A stretch of DNA of 64,000 bases, taken from Posidoniimonas corsicana (lineage in GTDB: Bacteria > Planctomycetota > Planctomycetia > Pirellulales > Lacipirellulaceae). The DNA lies in assembly GCF_007859765.1 (NCBI RefSeq), contig NZ_SIHJ01000001.1:1983311-2047310 (forward strand), in the 5' to 3' direction. How positions within the stretch are numbered: position 1 is the stretch's first letter; every line of letters begins with the position of its first letter. Positions 47,910 through 59,245 of the stretch are shown piece by piece. A program made the position numbers and the translations under genes. The notes beneath the pieces were generated by a model. That model was not told the DNA's origin. It saw only the letters and a program-made list of their open reading frames with translations, and ran no database searches.

Positions 47910-48125
47910 TCAGGGTCGGCCTCGGCCAGGTCGGGCCGCTCCTCGTCGCGTCGGCGACATCAGCTCCTCGTACCGCTCGTGGCTCTCGCCGGAGCCGTAG
48001 GGGCCGAGCTGATGCACCTTGCCGCCGATCGAGACGACGGCCTGGCCGGTGCTTTTGTGGAGACGGTACTTCGGGGGGCGCTTGAGTAGCTTGGGCACGG
48101 CGGCTCTCCCGCTACGAGTCACCAA
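47910..48125 (-). pseudogene. N-terminal fragment of a tyrosine recombinase/phage-type integrase, truncated.
   Basis: PKYRLHKSTGQAVVSIGGKVHQLGPYGSGESHERYEEL resembles a conserved integrase N-terminus (...NGKRHYLGKYGSPESHAAYERL...). The reading frame does not continue into a catalytic domain, and an IS481 copy lies immediately downstream. Confidence 0.35.
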
Positions 48126-48232
48126 AAGAGGTACTTTTACCTCTTTTGGGCCCTAGCAAGCCGCTCGGCCTCACAAGTGGCCGGTAACCTAAAGCACGGT
48201 TTCAGCAGGACTTAGAAAAAGTGGCGGGGGCC

Positions 48233-49860
48233 GGATTCGAACCGACGACCTCGAGGTTATGAGGCGATTTCTAACCAGCCTTGGAACTGCTCATTTCTCG
48301 GCAAAACCAGGGGGAAACCTGCTATCGCAGACAAGTGAGAGTCTATCAAACCGTATCAAGGATTGTCAGGTATTTCGGTACAGTCGGCCTAAATCCGGTA
48401 CAAACGGTACGCGGAGTCAGGCCCCAAGCATGGCTATTCCGGCCGTTGCGAATTCTTTGAAAGCCATACCGGGAATGATGCTTGAAGCCAGCGTCATTGC
48501 TGAGAGAATCAACCGACACCAGGGGCTCAGAAAGATTGTCACCCCAGTTTCCCGGAGAATCTCGCCAGGGCGGTTGCTTGATGAAGGGTTGGTTTACCCC
48601 GCTGATGTTTCTGCTGGCGCGTTCAAGAGAAGACCAGCTCAGGCGGCAGATCCTGTTCTTGAAGGCCGAGCTCGAGATGACCCGAGTTCGGGTGCCCCAA
48701 AGCCGGATCTTCCTTTCGAACGAGGAACGCGAACGACTGCTGGAACTGGGTGATGGCATCGGGTCGGACGTGCTGAAGCTGGTTTCAATCGTGCATCCCC
48801 GAACGTACCAGCGTTGGCGTGAGCGGAAAAGCCAAGGGCAGCCTCCCGCCAAGAAGATGGGGCGGAAAGGCACGCCGGAGACTCTACGTCAGATTGTGAT
48901 TCGACTGGCGAAACAAACGGGCTGGGGCTACGGCCGGATTGTGGGCGAGCTCAAAAAGCTCCGGATCCAGTGCGTTGGACGCACCACGGTGCGGACAATT
49001 CTCAAAGAAGAGGGCGTATCGCCGAGCCCGAAGCGGGGCAGGGGGACTTGGGACGAGTTCATCAAGATCCACGCTGACACGCTTTGGCAGTGTGATTTCT
49101 TCTCGAAGATGGTCGTGACGAAGACCGGTTTGCGGCAGGCCTACGTGCTGGCGTTCCTGCACGTCAACTCGCGGCGGGTGATCTGCTCGCCGGCGACGCT
49201 CACGCCGGACGACGGTTGGGTTACTGTTCAGGCCGAGTCAATGCTGCAGCAGGCTCGGTCGATGGAGTTGCCCGTTCGTTACGTGGTCCGCGACCTCGAC
49301 TTCAAGTACTCCAAGCGGTTCGACCAGACCTTCGCCGAAGCAGGTGTATCCGTCGAGCCGACAGCGCCGCGGGCGCCGAACCAGAACGCCTTTGTTGAGC
49401 GCTGGATCGGCTCGATCCGAGGTGAGTGCCTCAACCGGTTCATCGCCTTCGGCCTCGGCCACCTCGATCACCTCGTTGAGTCGTACCTGGATTACTACCA
49501 CGCGTCTCGCCCTCACCAGCGGAAGGAGAACAAGCCGTTACTCGGCGTCTGGCCCGAGGTCGATGACCCGCCAGCTGACGGGGAGGAAGTCGTTTGCCGA
49601 GAGTGGCTCGGCGGGGCGCTAAAGCACTACGAACGCAAAGCCGCCTGATGCGAAGCGGGACAATCGCTCGCCTCGGATCCGTAACCGATTCTCCAGCCCT
49701 GCCCCATCGGCCGTACGACCGCGATTCTTGACAATCCGACCAGCGAAAGTTTGCGGAGTGACCGGCGTCTAAACCTTTCATCAACGGAGGTTCTTCAGCG
49801 GACAACCTTGTTGAACACGACGCTTGAACACAACGGACGGCTCTAGACTGACGCGGCGGC
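48233..49860 (+). mobile_element. IS481-family insertion sequence, copy B (boundaries approximate). Direct repeat of copy A.
   Basis: Flanks and transposase ORF are homologous to 33370-34990, in the same orientation. Confidence 0.55.
48482..49648 (+). CDS. IS481-family transposase, copy B.
   Basis: 388 aa, collinear with the 33612-34778 ORF and sharing its motifs. Alternative start at MKGWF. Confidence 0.75.
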   Translation: MKPASLLRESTDTRGSERLSPQFPGESRQGGCLMKGWFTPLMFLLARSREDQLRRQILFLKAELEMTRVRVPQSRIFLSNEERERLLELGDGIGSDVLKLVSIVHPRTYQRWRERKSQGQPPAKKMGRKGTPETLRQIVIRLAKQTGWGYGRIVGELKKLRIQCVGRTTVRTILKEEGVSPSPKRGRGTWDEFIKIHADTLWQCDFFSKMVVTKTGLRQAYVLAFLHVNSRRVICSPATLTPDDGWVTVQAESMLQQARSMELPVRYVVRDLDFKYSKRFDQTFAEAGVSVEPTAPRAPNQNAFVERWIGSIRGECLNRFIAFGLGHLDHLVESYLDYYHASRPHQRKENKPLLGVWPEVDDPPADGEEVVCREWLGGALKHYERKAA

Positions 49861-51333
49861 GCTGTTGGCCAAGACCTCGGTCACGACCCGGGCCTCCTTC
49901 ACGCCGGTCAGCTTTTGGTTGAGGCCTTGGAAAGGGATTGAGAGACGCCGGTGGTCAAGCCCCAGTAAGTGCAGTAGTGTGGCGTGAAAGTCGCGTATGT
50001 GAACCGGGTCGCGGACAATGGAAAAGCCCATGGGGTCGGTCTCGCCGTGGGTGTAACCGGCGCGGACGCCGGCGCCCGCCATCCAAAGGGTGAACGCGTG
50101 CGGGTTATGATCGCGTCCAACAAACCTCATCTCGGCACCGCCGCGGTTCTCTCGCATCGATGTGCGGCCGAACTCGCCGCTCCAAACGACCAGAGTGTCC
50201 TCCATCATACCGCGTTGTTTGAGGTCGGTGAGCAGGGCCGATATAGGCTGGTCTATCTGCTTGCACTTGCGTCGGAACCCAACGTTGAGGGCCTCTGACT
50301 CGTTTGAGCCGTGCGTGTCCCAACCCCAATCGAAGAGTTGAATGAACCGTACGCCACGTTCCGCAAGGCGGCGGGCCAGAAGGCAGTTGTTGGCGAACGA
50401 TTCGGCGCCAGGGTTAGCGCCGTACGAGTCGCGGACCTGTTGCGGCTCCTGGGTGATGTCCATCGCCTCTGGCGCCGCAGACTGCATGCGGAAGGCGAGT
50501 TCGTATTGCGCAATCCGCGCAAGGGTCTCTTCATCACCGAAGGTGTTGTACGACTGCTGGTTGAGCTTCGTGAGCGCATCAAGTAGCACGCGACGCTCTT
50601 GCCGAGACTCCCCGCTCGGGTTTGAGATATTTAGCACCGGATCACCCTGCGAGCGGCACTGGACGCCCTGGTACACCGAGGGCAGAAAACCGCCGCTCCA
50701 GAGGGCTTTACCGACCCGCGGCTGCCGACCGCCAGAGAGCAGCACAATAAAGCCGGGGAGGTCCTCGTTTTCGGTGCCGAGTCCCCAGGTCACCCAGGAA
50801 CCAATAGAAGGATAACCAAGGCGGGGCTGCCCGGTGTGAACCATCAGCTGGGCAGGGCCGTGGTTGAATTGATCGGTCTGCATTGACTTTATAAAGCAGA
50901 CGTCGTCAACGTGCTTGGCGAACATCGGCAGGCGGTCGCTTACCCAGGCGCCCGATTCTCCATACTGAGCAAATGGGTACTGTGGCCCAAGCATCTTGGG
51001 GATGCCCTGGATAAACGCAAATCGCTTTCCCTTCAAGAATTCATTGGGGCAATCTTTGCCGTCATAGGCTATTAGTTCGGGCTTGTTCTCAAAGAGCTCC
51101 AACTGGCTGGGCGCGCCAATCATGTGCAGAAAGATGACCCGCTTCACCTTTGGCGTATGGTGGGGCAATCCTAGAGGTCCTGACTCCGACCGGCTGCTGG
51201 CCGCTGCGGTCGCCTGCTGAGACGCCAGCCACAATGCACCGAGTCCCGTGGTGCAGTCCTTTAAGAACGTTCGGCGAGTCGCCAACTCTAGATGGCGGCG
51301 GCCGATTTCACACTGTAACGTATCGAGTTTCAT
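49843..51333 (-). CDS. DUF1501 domain protein (sulfatase-like, Tat signal RRTFLK).
   Basis: MKLDTLQCEIGRRHLELATRRTFLKDC... start at 51333. Characteristic DUF1501 segments (FIQLFDWGWDTHG, VVWSGEFGRT). Paired with the downstream DUF1553 gene, as is typical in Planctomycetes. Confidence 0.8.
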   Translation of the reverse strand: MKLDTLQCEIGRRHLELATRRTFLKDCTTGLGALWLASQQATAAASSRSESGPLGLPHHTPKVKRVIFLHMIGAPSQLELFENKPELIAYDGKDCPNEFLKGKRFAFIQGIPKMLGPQYPFAQYGESGAWVSDRLPMFAKHVDDVCFIKSMQTDQFNHGPAQLMVHTGQPRLGYPSIGSWVTWGLGTENEDLPGFIVLLSGGRQPRVGKALWSGGFLPSVYQGVQCRSQGDPVLNISNPSGESRQERRVLLDALTKLNQQSYNTFGDEETLARIAQYELAFRMQSAAPEAMDITQEPQQVRDSYGANPGAESFANNCLLARRLAERGVRFIQLFDWGWDTHGSNESEALNVGFRRKCKQIDQPISALLTDLKQRGMMEDTLVVWSGEFGRTSMRENRGGAEMRFVGRDHNPHAFTLWMAGAGVRAGYTHGETDPMGFSIVRDPVHIRDFHATLLHLLGLDHRRLSIPFQGLNQKLTGVKEARVVTEVLANSAAASV

Positions 51334-51371
51334 GGCAGTTCTGCCTGCTGACTCAAGCCCGCAATCACGGG

Positions 51372-54300
51372 CTATTTCATCAGTACTTCGTCGAGGTTCA
51401 ATAGGACTTTCGCCACGGCCTGAGCCCCCCCGCCGGGATGTTCCAGCAGCTCGGTGAGAACCGTCAGCTCTTCTCCCTTGGGTGGGCGGCAGGTAACAAG
51501 CTTGAAGCCCCACGCGATTTGTTCTTCTGGCGTGCCGGTGGTCTGCGTGATCCGCTCCGCCAGCGCCTCGGTGCACTCATCAAACGATTCACTATTGAGA
51601 GTCTGCAGCGCTTGGAGCGGGGTATTGGAGCGCAGGCGACGCGGCGAGCAAAACTCCCGTGAGGGTTGATCAAAGGTTGCGAACATCGGGTACGGGATGC
51701 TCCGTTTGGTGTAGGTGTAAATGGACCGCCGGTAGCGATCGGCGTCGCCCCGAGGCGCCGCTGGCCACCTATCGTAGGCCGCGAAGGGCTGCCACACGCC
51801 GTCCGGGATCGGTGGCTTCACAGGGGGGCCATAGAGATCGCGGACCAGCAACCCCGACAGCGCCAATGCCTGGTCTCGCACCATCTCGGACGAGAGACGA
51901 TGCCTGGGGCCGCGGCTCAGCAGCCGATTGTTGGGGTCAGATGTCTTAGCAGTGCTTGATGCGACTTCGCTTTGGCGATAAGTGCTAGAGAGAACCAACT
52001 CACGGAGCAGCGGCTTGAAGCGCCAATCATGCTGATTCTGAAGTCGGAGTGCAAGGTGATCCAGCAGCCCCGGGTGCGAGGGAGGCTCTCCCGAAGAACC
52101 GAAGTCCTCTTCTGTTTCGACAAGGCCGACGCCAAAGAGCTGCGCCCAAACCCGATTCACGGCGACACGTGCGGTTAACGGATTCTTTTCGGACGCCAGC
52201 CACTCGGCCATTGCAAGTCGATCGGCTGGCTGGTTTCTTGAGAGCGGCGGCATCGTACTTGGTACGCCCGCCGAGACCTGCTTGCCCTTGTCCAGGAAGA
52301 GCCCACGCTCAAACACGTTCGTTTGACGCGCTAGGTGAGTTGGTCGCTCCTGCATGACGGGTGTCGGCGTAGATCGAATCTCTCGACGCTGTTCTTGTAA
52401 TTTGGCGAGTTGCTCCCGCTGCTTCGCAATAGTAGGAGAGTTGGCGAAGTCGGTGAAGTCTGGGTTGCCTGAGACCGCCAGCCACCCCCGCCGACTCGTG
52501 AGGCTGAAGGCGCCGACCATCTGGACTCGATGGGCAATGGTCAGGCGGAGTTTGGCGCCCCGTGGGATCACGACCGGCGAACTAAGGACCAGCGCGACGC
52601 GCCTCGGGTAGTAGATACGCGAGAGCGCAGCAAACCCGCGTCCCGACTTACTGTCGAGGCTCATCTGGGGATCATAGATTGGGTGCGGTTCGTCGCCGAT
52701 GACGCGGACAAGGTCGAGCGGCTTGGCCTCTGACTGCGACGGCAGCAGCAGCTCCGCAGAGACGTGAGACCAAACGAAGCCCCACTCAGAATCTCCCTTA
52801 GCCGCCTCTGGATCCAACGGCAGCACGACTCCTTTAATCGCGGTAAGCGACTCGAGCCCCGCTGGGAGCGGGGCTTCGAGCGTGAACGTGGCCCCGTGCT
52901 GGATGGTGCCGACTGTTGTGAATTCGTCGTGGGCGGACTGCTCTTCGACATCGAGCACCGTGGCGTTGCTGGTCTTGGCTGACAAGCCTTGCAGCGGCGT
53001 CCATGAGCCGTCGTCCTCTAGCATGCCAAAACCCTTTGCCCAGAGCGATTCTTGCAGTGACTGGATCTGCTCATCCAATTGCTCTGCCACTTTGTAGTCA
53101 GCGGTTTGAAGCGGCGCAGCGAAGAGCGGCGCGTCGTCCCCCAGGTCGGTGTCGACAGTGCTATTGAAGAAGGCCGCGAAGCGGTAATAGTCTTCGTGGC
53201 GGAACGGTTCGTAGGGATGATCATGGCACTGCACGCAGCCGAATGTCATTCCTTGCCAGGTCTGCCAGGTGGTGTTGACCCTGTCGAGCACTGCAGCGAT
53301 GCGGAATTCTTCGTCATCGGTGCCGCCCTCCTCGTTGGTTTGTGTGAGGCGGTGGCACGCGGTCGCTATCAGGTTTTCCGGGTCTCGACCAGGGAGTAGG
53401 TCGCCAGCAATCTGCTTGATTGTGAACTGGTCGTAGGGCATGTCGGCGTTGAGAGATCGGATCACCCAGTCGCGATACTTCCAGATGGAGCGGGGACCAT
53501 CTAAGCCAAGCCCCTTGGAGTCGGCGTAGCGGACTTGATCTAGCCAGACGCTAGCCCAACGCTCCCCATAATGGGGCGACGCGAGCAGCCGGTCGACTAC
53601 ACGGCCGTAGGCCCCGTCGCCCAGCGAGTCGAGCTCAGCAAGAAAACGCTCCAGTTCCTCTGGCGAAGGAGGCAGGCCGGTGATGTCGAGGCTGACGCGA
53701 CGCAGCCAACGGTGGGGGGCTGAATCTGGCGGAGCATCTAGCCCTACCTGCTCTCTACGGGCTTGGACGAATCGATCGATATCGGACCTAGCCCAGGCAT
53801 GGTTCTTTACGGTCGGCACTTCTGGTTCAGGGGGAGGCTCGAACGCCCAGTGCTCTTTCCAGGTGGCGCCTTCGGCGATCCATTGCCGCAGCAGGTCGAT
53901 TTCACGGCTGCTAAGCGGGGGGCCATGCTCTGCAGGCGGCATCCGCAGGGAAGGATCGTCTTCGATCACTCGGTCAATAATAATCGAACTGCCGGGGTCT
54001 CCTGGCTCGACGATCCAACCCTCCGGAGGAAGCACCTGATCGCGATAGACGAATGAGATTCCCGCCTGCTGCTTCACCCCGCCGTGGCAGCTCAGGCAAT
54101 GAGAAACGAAAACTGGGCGGATGTGTTGATTGAAATCGACGCGCGTAGGGGGCTCTGATTCTGGACCGCCAGCCTCGGAGTGGTTCGCTTCTGCAGGCTC
54201 TGCAGCGGGTGAGTCAGACGCCGGCACGCATAGCGGGGCTGCCAGCAAGAAGCTTACGTGCGCCAGACGAGCAGCATAGGCTCTGGCACGGAGGCTTCGC

Positions 54301-54398
54301 CGTGGTTGAGGTAGTCGTCGAGGCAGTTTGAGAAGCATCGTAGGATTGAAGGCATTCGTGCCGGGCAGGTGGAATGTGTAAATGACGGCTGCCACCAA
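51372..54398 (-). CDS. PSCyt/DUF1549/DUF1553 (PSD1-type) domain protein.
   Basis: Cytochrome-c-like CxxCH (HCLSCHGG) near the N-terminus, DUF1549 middle region and DUF1553 C-terminal region. The true start is probably the internal MLLKLPRR signal peptide. Confidence 0.8.
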   Translation of the reverse strand: MVAAVIYTFHLPGTNAFNPTMLLKLPRRLPQPRRSLRARAYAARLAHVSFLLAAPLCVPASDSPAAEPAEANHSEAGGPESEPPTRVDFNQHIRPVFVSHCLSCHGGVKQQAGISFVYRDQVLPPEGWIVEPGDPGSSIIIDRVIEDDPSLRMPPAEHGPPLSSREIDLLRQWIAEGATWKEHWAFEPPPEPEVPTVKNHAWARSDIDRFVQARREQVGLDAPPDSAPHRWLRRVSLDITGLPPSPEELERFLAELDSLGDGAYGRVVDRLLASPHYGERWASVWLDQVRYADSKGLGLDGPRSIWKYRDWVIRSLNADMPYDQFTIKQIAGDLLPGRDPENLIATACHRLTQTNEEGGTDDEEFRIAAVLDRVNTTWQTWQGMTFGCVQCHDHPYEPFRHEDYYRFAAFFNSTVDTDLGDDAPLFAAPLQTADYKVAEQLDEQIQSLQESLWAKGFGMLEDDGSWTPLQGLSAKTSNATVLDVEEQSAHDEFTTVGTIQHGATFTLEAPLPAGLESLTAIKGVVLPLDPEAAKGDSEWGFVWSHVSAELLLPSQSEAKPLDLVRVIGDEPHPIYDPQMSLDSKSGRGFAALSRIYYPRRVALVLSSPVVIPRGAKLRLTIAHRVQMVGAFSLTSRRGWLAVSGNPDFTDFANSPTIAKQREQLAKLQEQRREIRSTPTPVMQERPTHLARQTNVFERGLFLDKGKQVSAGVPSTMPPLSRNQPADRLAMAEWLASEKNPLTARVAVNRVWAQLFGVGLVETEEDFGSSGEPPSHPGLLDHLALRLQNQHDWRFKPLLRELVLSSTYRQSEVASSTAKTSDPNNRLLSRGPRHRLSSEMVRDQALALSGLLVRDLYGPPVKPPIPDGVWQPFAAYDRWPAAPRGDADRYRRSIYTYTKRSIPYPMFATFDQPSREFCSPRRLRSNTPLQALQTLNSESFDECTEALAERITQTTGTPEEQIAWGFKLVTCRPPKGEELTVLTELLEHPGGGAQAVAKVLLNLDEVLMK

Positions 54399-55626
54399 TC
54401 CTGCCGGGACGATTGGAGCTTGCCAGGAAAGACGAACCTTACTCCCAAGTAGCGAAGCCCATGGTAAAGGCCCACCTTACTTCAAACTCCTTGTGAGTCG
54501 GAATCTGTTGGGCGTGAGTGAGCTGCGGCCACGCCCTGACCGGATCTTCGTTCAGGCGATTGGCGACGACGCTTGCAGCCCCGACCGGCATCCGAATCTA
54601 ATCGGGGCGTCATCCCGTACTGTCGCCATTTGTTCGGTGTCGTCGACGCCACACTAGCCAATGCAGAGGGCAGGCGCCCACGTGCCCAGAATGCCGGCTG
54701 AATTCACTGGCAAGAAGGGCGTTGCCGGTCTATGACGCTGGGCTGAACTTGTAGACGCTTTTGACGCTCTTTCTCGGTAACAGATCGGGGCATCAGGTCT
54801 TTGAGGTGAAGAAGCCCAACGCGCATTGGCTCTCCGCCTGGCGGCATTCAGCCCCATGCCCTAGCTATATTCAACACAGGCGTGCCGATATTCACGCAGA
54901 AAGTCTCCATTTAAAGAAGAATCGCACGTTGCTCGGCGACAGACTCGGCGGGCAACTCAGCAGCACATGCATGCGGTCGCACGACACTGCCCCCTGCAGA
55001 ATGTCGATCTCGTGCGATCGGCAGGCCTGGCGGACCAGGTCTCGAAAGCGAATGCCTACCTCCCCGCTCAACGCCTGCTTGCGAGAATTCGTCACCCACT
55101 CAGAATGGCACTACAGATCAAATCGCGTATGCGATCCCGTGCGTTAGCGCCCAATCCCACAAGGGTACCGAGAAAATGCTCCAAGGAGCCGCTTGACGGC
55201 GAGGACTTCTGGCCCCTCACAAGGGCAATGATCACTGGCGCTGCCTGAAACCTCGGCCTTGGTTCGCTGGAGGCATTACGAAACTCTAGCGGGGCGACAC
55301 CCTGGCAGCCATTCCTGCCTAGATGCCGTCTCGGGGTTGCGCATATAAGATGTCCTGGAATAGGGGCAGATCTTGCGAAAACGATGGTCCGCTTGCGCGA
55401 ACAGGAGCGACAGCGCCTGGAGAAACGCCTGGAGAATGGTGTGCGGACAACTGCGGTTACCTCCTGAACATGCTGTCGAGCTCACAGAGTGTGCTCAGCG
55501 GGGAGCGCGATGGGCACTGTAGCACGCGTTAGCGAACCGCCCATCGACCGAATCAAAGTTTCTCGGATATTTTCAACGAATTTGTGCAAAACCGGCGGCA
55601 CTTTCCGGGAATACATACAGCGGTAG

Positions 55627-56238
55627 TTGTCACTCGACCTCTACTGGATTGACTCATCTCATCTTCTCCAACAATGCCACCTTCCAGGGCAGCGGGTGGC
55701 AACGCAACTTTTCCTTATGGCCGTAAGTGACGAGGCGAATGAGCGGTTTGTTGAACTGCTTGCAGCTCACACAAAACGCCTATACGCGTTTATTCGCACA
55801 TTGATGCTCAATGGTGAGAATGACGCCGAAGAAGTGTTCCAAGCCACCTGCTTAGTCCTGTGGAGGAAATTCGGCGAGTACGATCCCGCAAAAGACTTTG
55901 GCGCCTGGGCCTGCCGGATGGCCTACTTCGAGGCGTTGCGACAAAAGCATAAATCCCAGCGAATTCAGCACATGAGCGAGGCTGCCCTTGAGGCCCTTGC
56001 CGTGGCGGCCGAGCCAATCGCCCAACAGATCGACCGCCGTCGGGAGGCTCTGGCGGATTGCCTGGCCAAATTGAATGTTCCTGATCGAGAGACTGTTCAA
56101 TTGCGGTATTTCACGGGGCTTCGCCCGAAAGAGATGGCAGCCCGCAAAGGTCGGCCCAGGCACACTGTGTACCGAGAGCTAAGCCGCATCCATTCTCTGC
56201 TGATGCGATGCGTGCAAAGGAAACTGGAATCGGAATAG
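55627..56238 (+). CDS. ECF-type RNA polymerase sigma-70 factor.
   Basis: Region 2 (LYAFIRTLMLNGENDAEEVFQATCLVLWRKFGEY) and region 4 HTH (VPDRETVQLRYFTGLRPKEMAARKGRPRHTVYRELSRI). Start likely at MAVSDE (55714). Confidence 0.75.
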   Translation: MSLDLYWIDSSHLLQQCHLPGQRVATQLFLMAVSDEANERFVELLAAHTKRLYAFIRTLMLNGENDAEEVFQATCLVLWRKFGEYDPAKDFGAWACRMAYFEALRQKHKSQRIQHMSEAALEALAVAAEPIAQQIDRRREALADCLAKLNVPDRETVQLRYFTGLRPKEMAARKGRPRHTVYRELSRIHSLLMRCVQRKLESE

Positions 56239-56245
56239 ATCGTCC

Positions 56246-57976
56246 ATGAGCGAATCCACCAGAAGTGAGCAACGACTCCGTGCCATTATACTGAAGATCT
56301 CGGCTGGGGATGCATCGTCGGCTGAGTCTCGAGAACTGAGTAAATTATTCGAGAGCCCAGCCAACGCCGCCCATGGGTCGGAACTCTTAGATCAGATGGC
56401 AGCCCTCAGCGACGCGGAGCGGAGTAAGAGTACGCTCGCGTCGGAAACGCAGTTCGCAACGCCTGGGGGGGCGTCTTGCCGGCCCCGCCGAGCCGGAACC
56501 TGGTGGGATTGCGCCTCACGCTATGGCTGGCAAGCCGCAGCCGCCGCTGTTCTGATTGTTAGCCATTGGGCCGTCGCTCAATTGGCAATCGGAACCGTCG
56601 CTGGTGCGAACTCTTCGTCGCCGTCTGGGCCGCCGCTAGCAGCCAGCCACTCCGCGAGTGCCTTCGCTGCCACGCCGCAGCTAGTTGGGATGACGGCCTG
56701 CGTCTGGGAGTCCGAAACAACCGCCGAACCTGCTGTGGGAAACTCGCTTCGCTTGGGCGAAGTGTTGACCCTGCTCGAAGGGATTGCTGAACTCGATTTC
56801 GAGAACGCCCAGGGCGGAAGTATGCGGGTCCGGATCGAAGGGCCGGCTAGCGTCTTCTTGCGAGCCGATGGGAAGATCGGCGTTCGCCATGGAACCGTCA
56901 CCGCGGACGCGAGACCGAAGGGCGGAGAGTTTTCGTTAGAAACGCCGGCTGGCGCCATTCAGGTGCTGGCCGACGCATCCTTCGGTATTCGAGCAACGGA
57001 GGATTCTCATGAGATCCACGCCTTCGATGGCGAACTGATCGTGACGCCAGGTCGAGGAACGCTTTCGACTGAAGGCATGCGTGTCTCTCGCGGCAACGCC
57101 TTACGGCTGCAGCTTCGGTTTAAGGAGATTGTAGGTGCAGAACACATTGCCGCCTCGCCCGCGGCGTTTGCATCATCGCGTTCCATGCTTTCGGACCGAG
57201 TGAGGTTCGGCAAAGCGTACCAAGATATCGTGCTGCGGAGTGAGCCAGTCGTCTACCTGCGATTCGCTCAAGCGAGCAGGGTGGTGCCAAACCTTGGCTC
57301 AGCTGAGGGCCTTGATCTCCATCAGGTTGGAGAAGTCCATTGGCGGACCGCCACCGACCAAGCGACCGTCGAATTTGGCTTGAATCCGAACCCCGGATGT
57401 TTCGTGAGCCAAGACTACTGGCCGAATGAACCGCTAGGCAGCTATTCGATCGAATTTTGGATGAAGCCGAGCCAATACCGTAACGGATCGTTGGTCTCGC
57501 TGGTTGGCAAAGATCCTCAAGGGACGATGTATCCTCACGGACTGCTGGTTGAGCTTGGTGGACCAGTCGTTTCCGCCGACCGAGGAGTCCCGTCTAGCGC
57601 CATTCGCTTTCTTCATCGGAATCCACTCTCTCTGCGCGGTGATGTAGGGACGTCGTGCATTTCAAGTTCAAACTACCGTGTCAGGCAATGGCAGCACATT
57701 GCTGTTACCAAAGACGGGCAGAAGATGACGCTCTATCTGGATGGAAAGGTGATGGCTGAAGCACACGAATTGAGAAACCTGCCTGGGCAGCTCCGACTCG
57801 TGGTAGGTCAGATCTACCCATTGGATGGTTCAGAGAATTACAACACGAAGGGAATCCGTCCGTACATCGGGCAGGTTAGAGAGCTGGCGGCTTATGAACG
57901 ACCGTTAGAAGCTAGCGAGATTCGCGCACGGCTCCGCAGTGCTCGCCCCGACACTAAGGGTCTCACGGAGACCTAG
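56246..57976 (+). CDS. Anti-sigma factor: N-terminal anti-sigma region, one TM helix, FecR domain and C-terminal LamG/concanavalin-like domain.
   Basis: Starts 8 nt after the sigma factor stop. TM WQAAAAAVLIVSHWAVAQLAIG. FecR-like beta region in the middle. LamG-like SIEFWMKPSQYRNGSLVSLVG...HIAVTKDGQKMTLYLDGKV at the C-terminus. Confidence 0.6.
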   Translation: MSESTRSEQRLRAIILKISAGDASSAESRELSKLFESPANAAHGSELLDQMAALSDAERSKSTLASETQFATPGGASCRPRRAGTWWDCASRYGWQAAAAAVLIVSHWAVAQLAIGTVAGANSSSPSGPPLAASHSASAFAATPQLVGMTACVWESETTAEPAVGNSLRLGEVLTLLEGIAELDFENAQGGSMRVRIEGPASVFLRADGKIGVRHGTVTADARPKGGEFSLETPAGAIQVLADASFGIRATEDSHEIHAFDGELIVTPGRGTLSTEGMRVSRGNALRLQLRFKEIVGAEHIAASPAAFASSRSMLSDRVRFGKAYQDIVLRSEPVVYLRFAQASRVVPNLGSAEGLDLHQVGEVHWRTATDQATVEFGLNPNPGCFVSQDYWPNEPLGSYSIEFWMKPSQYRNGSLVSLVGKDPQGTMYPHGLLVELGGPVVSADRGVPSSAIRFLHRNPLSLRGDVGTSCISSSNYRVRQWQHIAVTKDGQKMTLYLDGKVMAEAHELRNLPGQLRLVVGQIYPLDGSENYNTKGIRPYIGQVRELAAYERPLEASEIRARLRSARPDTKGLTET

Positions 57977-58090
57977 TACGCATACTTGCAACGGTTGAGC
58001 TACAAAAATCAAAGAACTGCTGTTCGAGAGCAGGCAACTCAATCGTGAAATCTTATCTGAAGGATATGGGGAAGACGACAAGGAAAACCT

Positions 58091-59149
58091 ATGCAAACTG
58101 ACAAAGAAGATCGACGCTCGGCTTTAGGATTCACCCTGGTCGAACTGCTGGTGGTCATTGCGATCATCGGCGTTCTCATTGCGTTGCTGCTGCCAGCCGT
58201 CCAATCGGCTCGCGAGTCGGCCCGCAGGATGCAGTGCCTGAACAACTTGAAACAGCTCGGCCTGGCGTGCCATAACTACGAGAGCGCCAATGGAACTCTG
58301 CCGCCGGGGTCCCACTACAACGGTGGCCCCCCACCAGGCGGAAACTGGATCACCAATACATTTGACTACATGGAGCTCGGGACTGTCCTCGACTCCCTGG
58401 ACAGAACCGAGTACTTCACAAACGGTGGGGCGACAGATACTCCCAATGAACAAGTCATCGCGCAGCTACGGTTCGAGCAGTTGATCTGCCCGAGCGATGA
58501 AACTGCTAGCCAACCGATGGCAGACGACGTTGAGTCTTCAGGCCGGAATCCTAGAGTCTGCCAGATGCTTTGGTACACCGGCTCTATGGGTACCACCATT
58601 CCTGACTTCGTTTCCACATTGACGGGAACCGTCCCAGCCGGTGCATCGGGCGGCGTCGATCCTGTTATACAAGTCGCAACTGGTTGCAACTTTGGGTCGG
58701 GCGGTAAGTTCAACTGCGCCCCATGCTTTGGGAATGCTCGGCTGCCTTGTATGGGGCCAGAAGGCGCTCTTTGCGGTGGGCTGATATGCCGCTCCATCGA
58801 CGGCGTGGCGTTCAAGAAAGCCCCGGATGGGCTCTCTAAGACATTCTTGGCTGGTGAGCACATTCCGTCGCATAACTATTTCAACTCGGTGTTCTCTGAG
58901 AACTTTGTCGTCTCGTCAACGGTGACACCTATCAATCTCTTCAACGACGCAGAGGAAATCGGGCGAGACGGTCCAAGGCAACCTCGCACCTACCCTCGCA
59001 CCTCTGGCTTCAAGAGCTGGCACCCTGGCGGCGCCAACATGCTTTTTGGCGATGGAAGCGCTCGCTTGATCCAAGAATCGATCGATTACTTTGCCTGGAA
59101 TGCGTTCGGTTCGCGAGCGGGTGAGGAAAACGTGAATGACGACGCCTAG
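58091..59149 (+). CDS. DUF1559 protein with a prepilin-type N-terminal cleavage/methylation domain.
   Basis: [53 protein letters not shown] is the classic DUF1559 N-terminus. Confidence 0.85.
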   Translation: MQTDKEDRRSALGFTLVELLVVIAIIGVLIALLLPAVQSARESARRMQCLNNLKQLGLACHNYESANGTLPPGSHYNGGPPPGGNWITNTFDYMELGTVLDSLDRTEYFTNGGATDTPNEQVIAQLRFEQLICPSDETASQPMADDVESSGRNPRVCQMLWYTGSMGTTIPDFVSTLTGTVPAGASGGVDPVIQVATGCNFGSGGKFNCAPCFGNARLPCMGPEGALCGGLICRSIDGVAFKKAPDGLSKTFLAGEHIPSHNYFNSVFSENFVVSSTVTPINLFNDAEEIGRDGPRQPRTYPRTSGFKSWHPGGANMLFGDGSARLIQESIDYFAWNAFGSRAGEENVNDDA

Positions 59150-59245
59150 TCCTTGTTCGTGCGGGCACTCCCCCCCCGGCTTATGGTGGCGTGCTAGCTA
59201 GGTTTGGAAAGCTTGTCAAAGTCGAAAACTGTTGAAAGGTTGTAA

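Noticed and set aside
47685-48089. Plus-strand ORF 47685-48089 between the IS481 copy and the integrase fragment.
   Set aside because: It overlaps the integrase-like minus-strand fragment, has no motifs and is Arg-rich in the way typical of GC-rich out-of-frame translation.
54400-55620. Several short ORFs (54761-55147, 54967-55248, etc.) in the 1.2 kb gap between the divergent DUF1553 and ECF sigma genes.
   Set aside because: Overlapping, motif-less ORFs in an intergenic region, more plausibly regulatory DNA.
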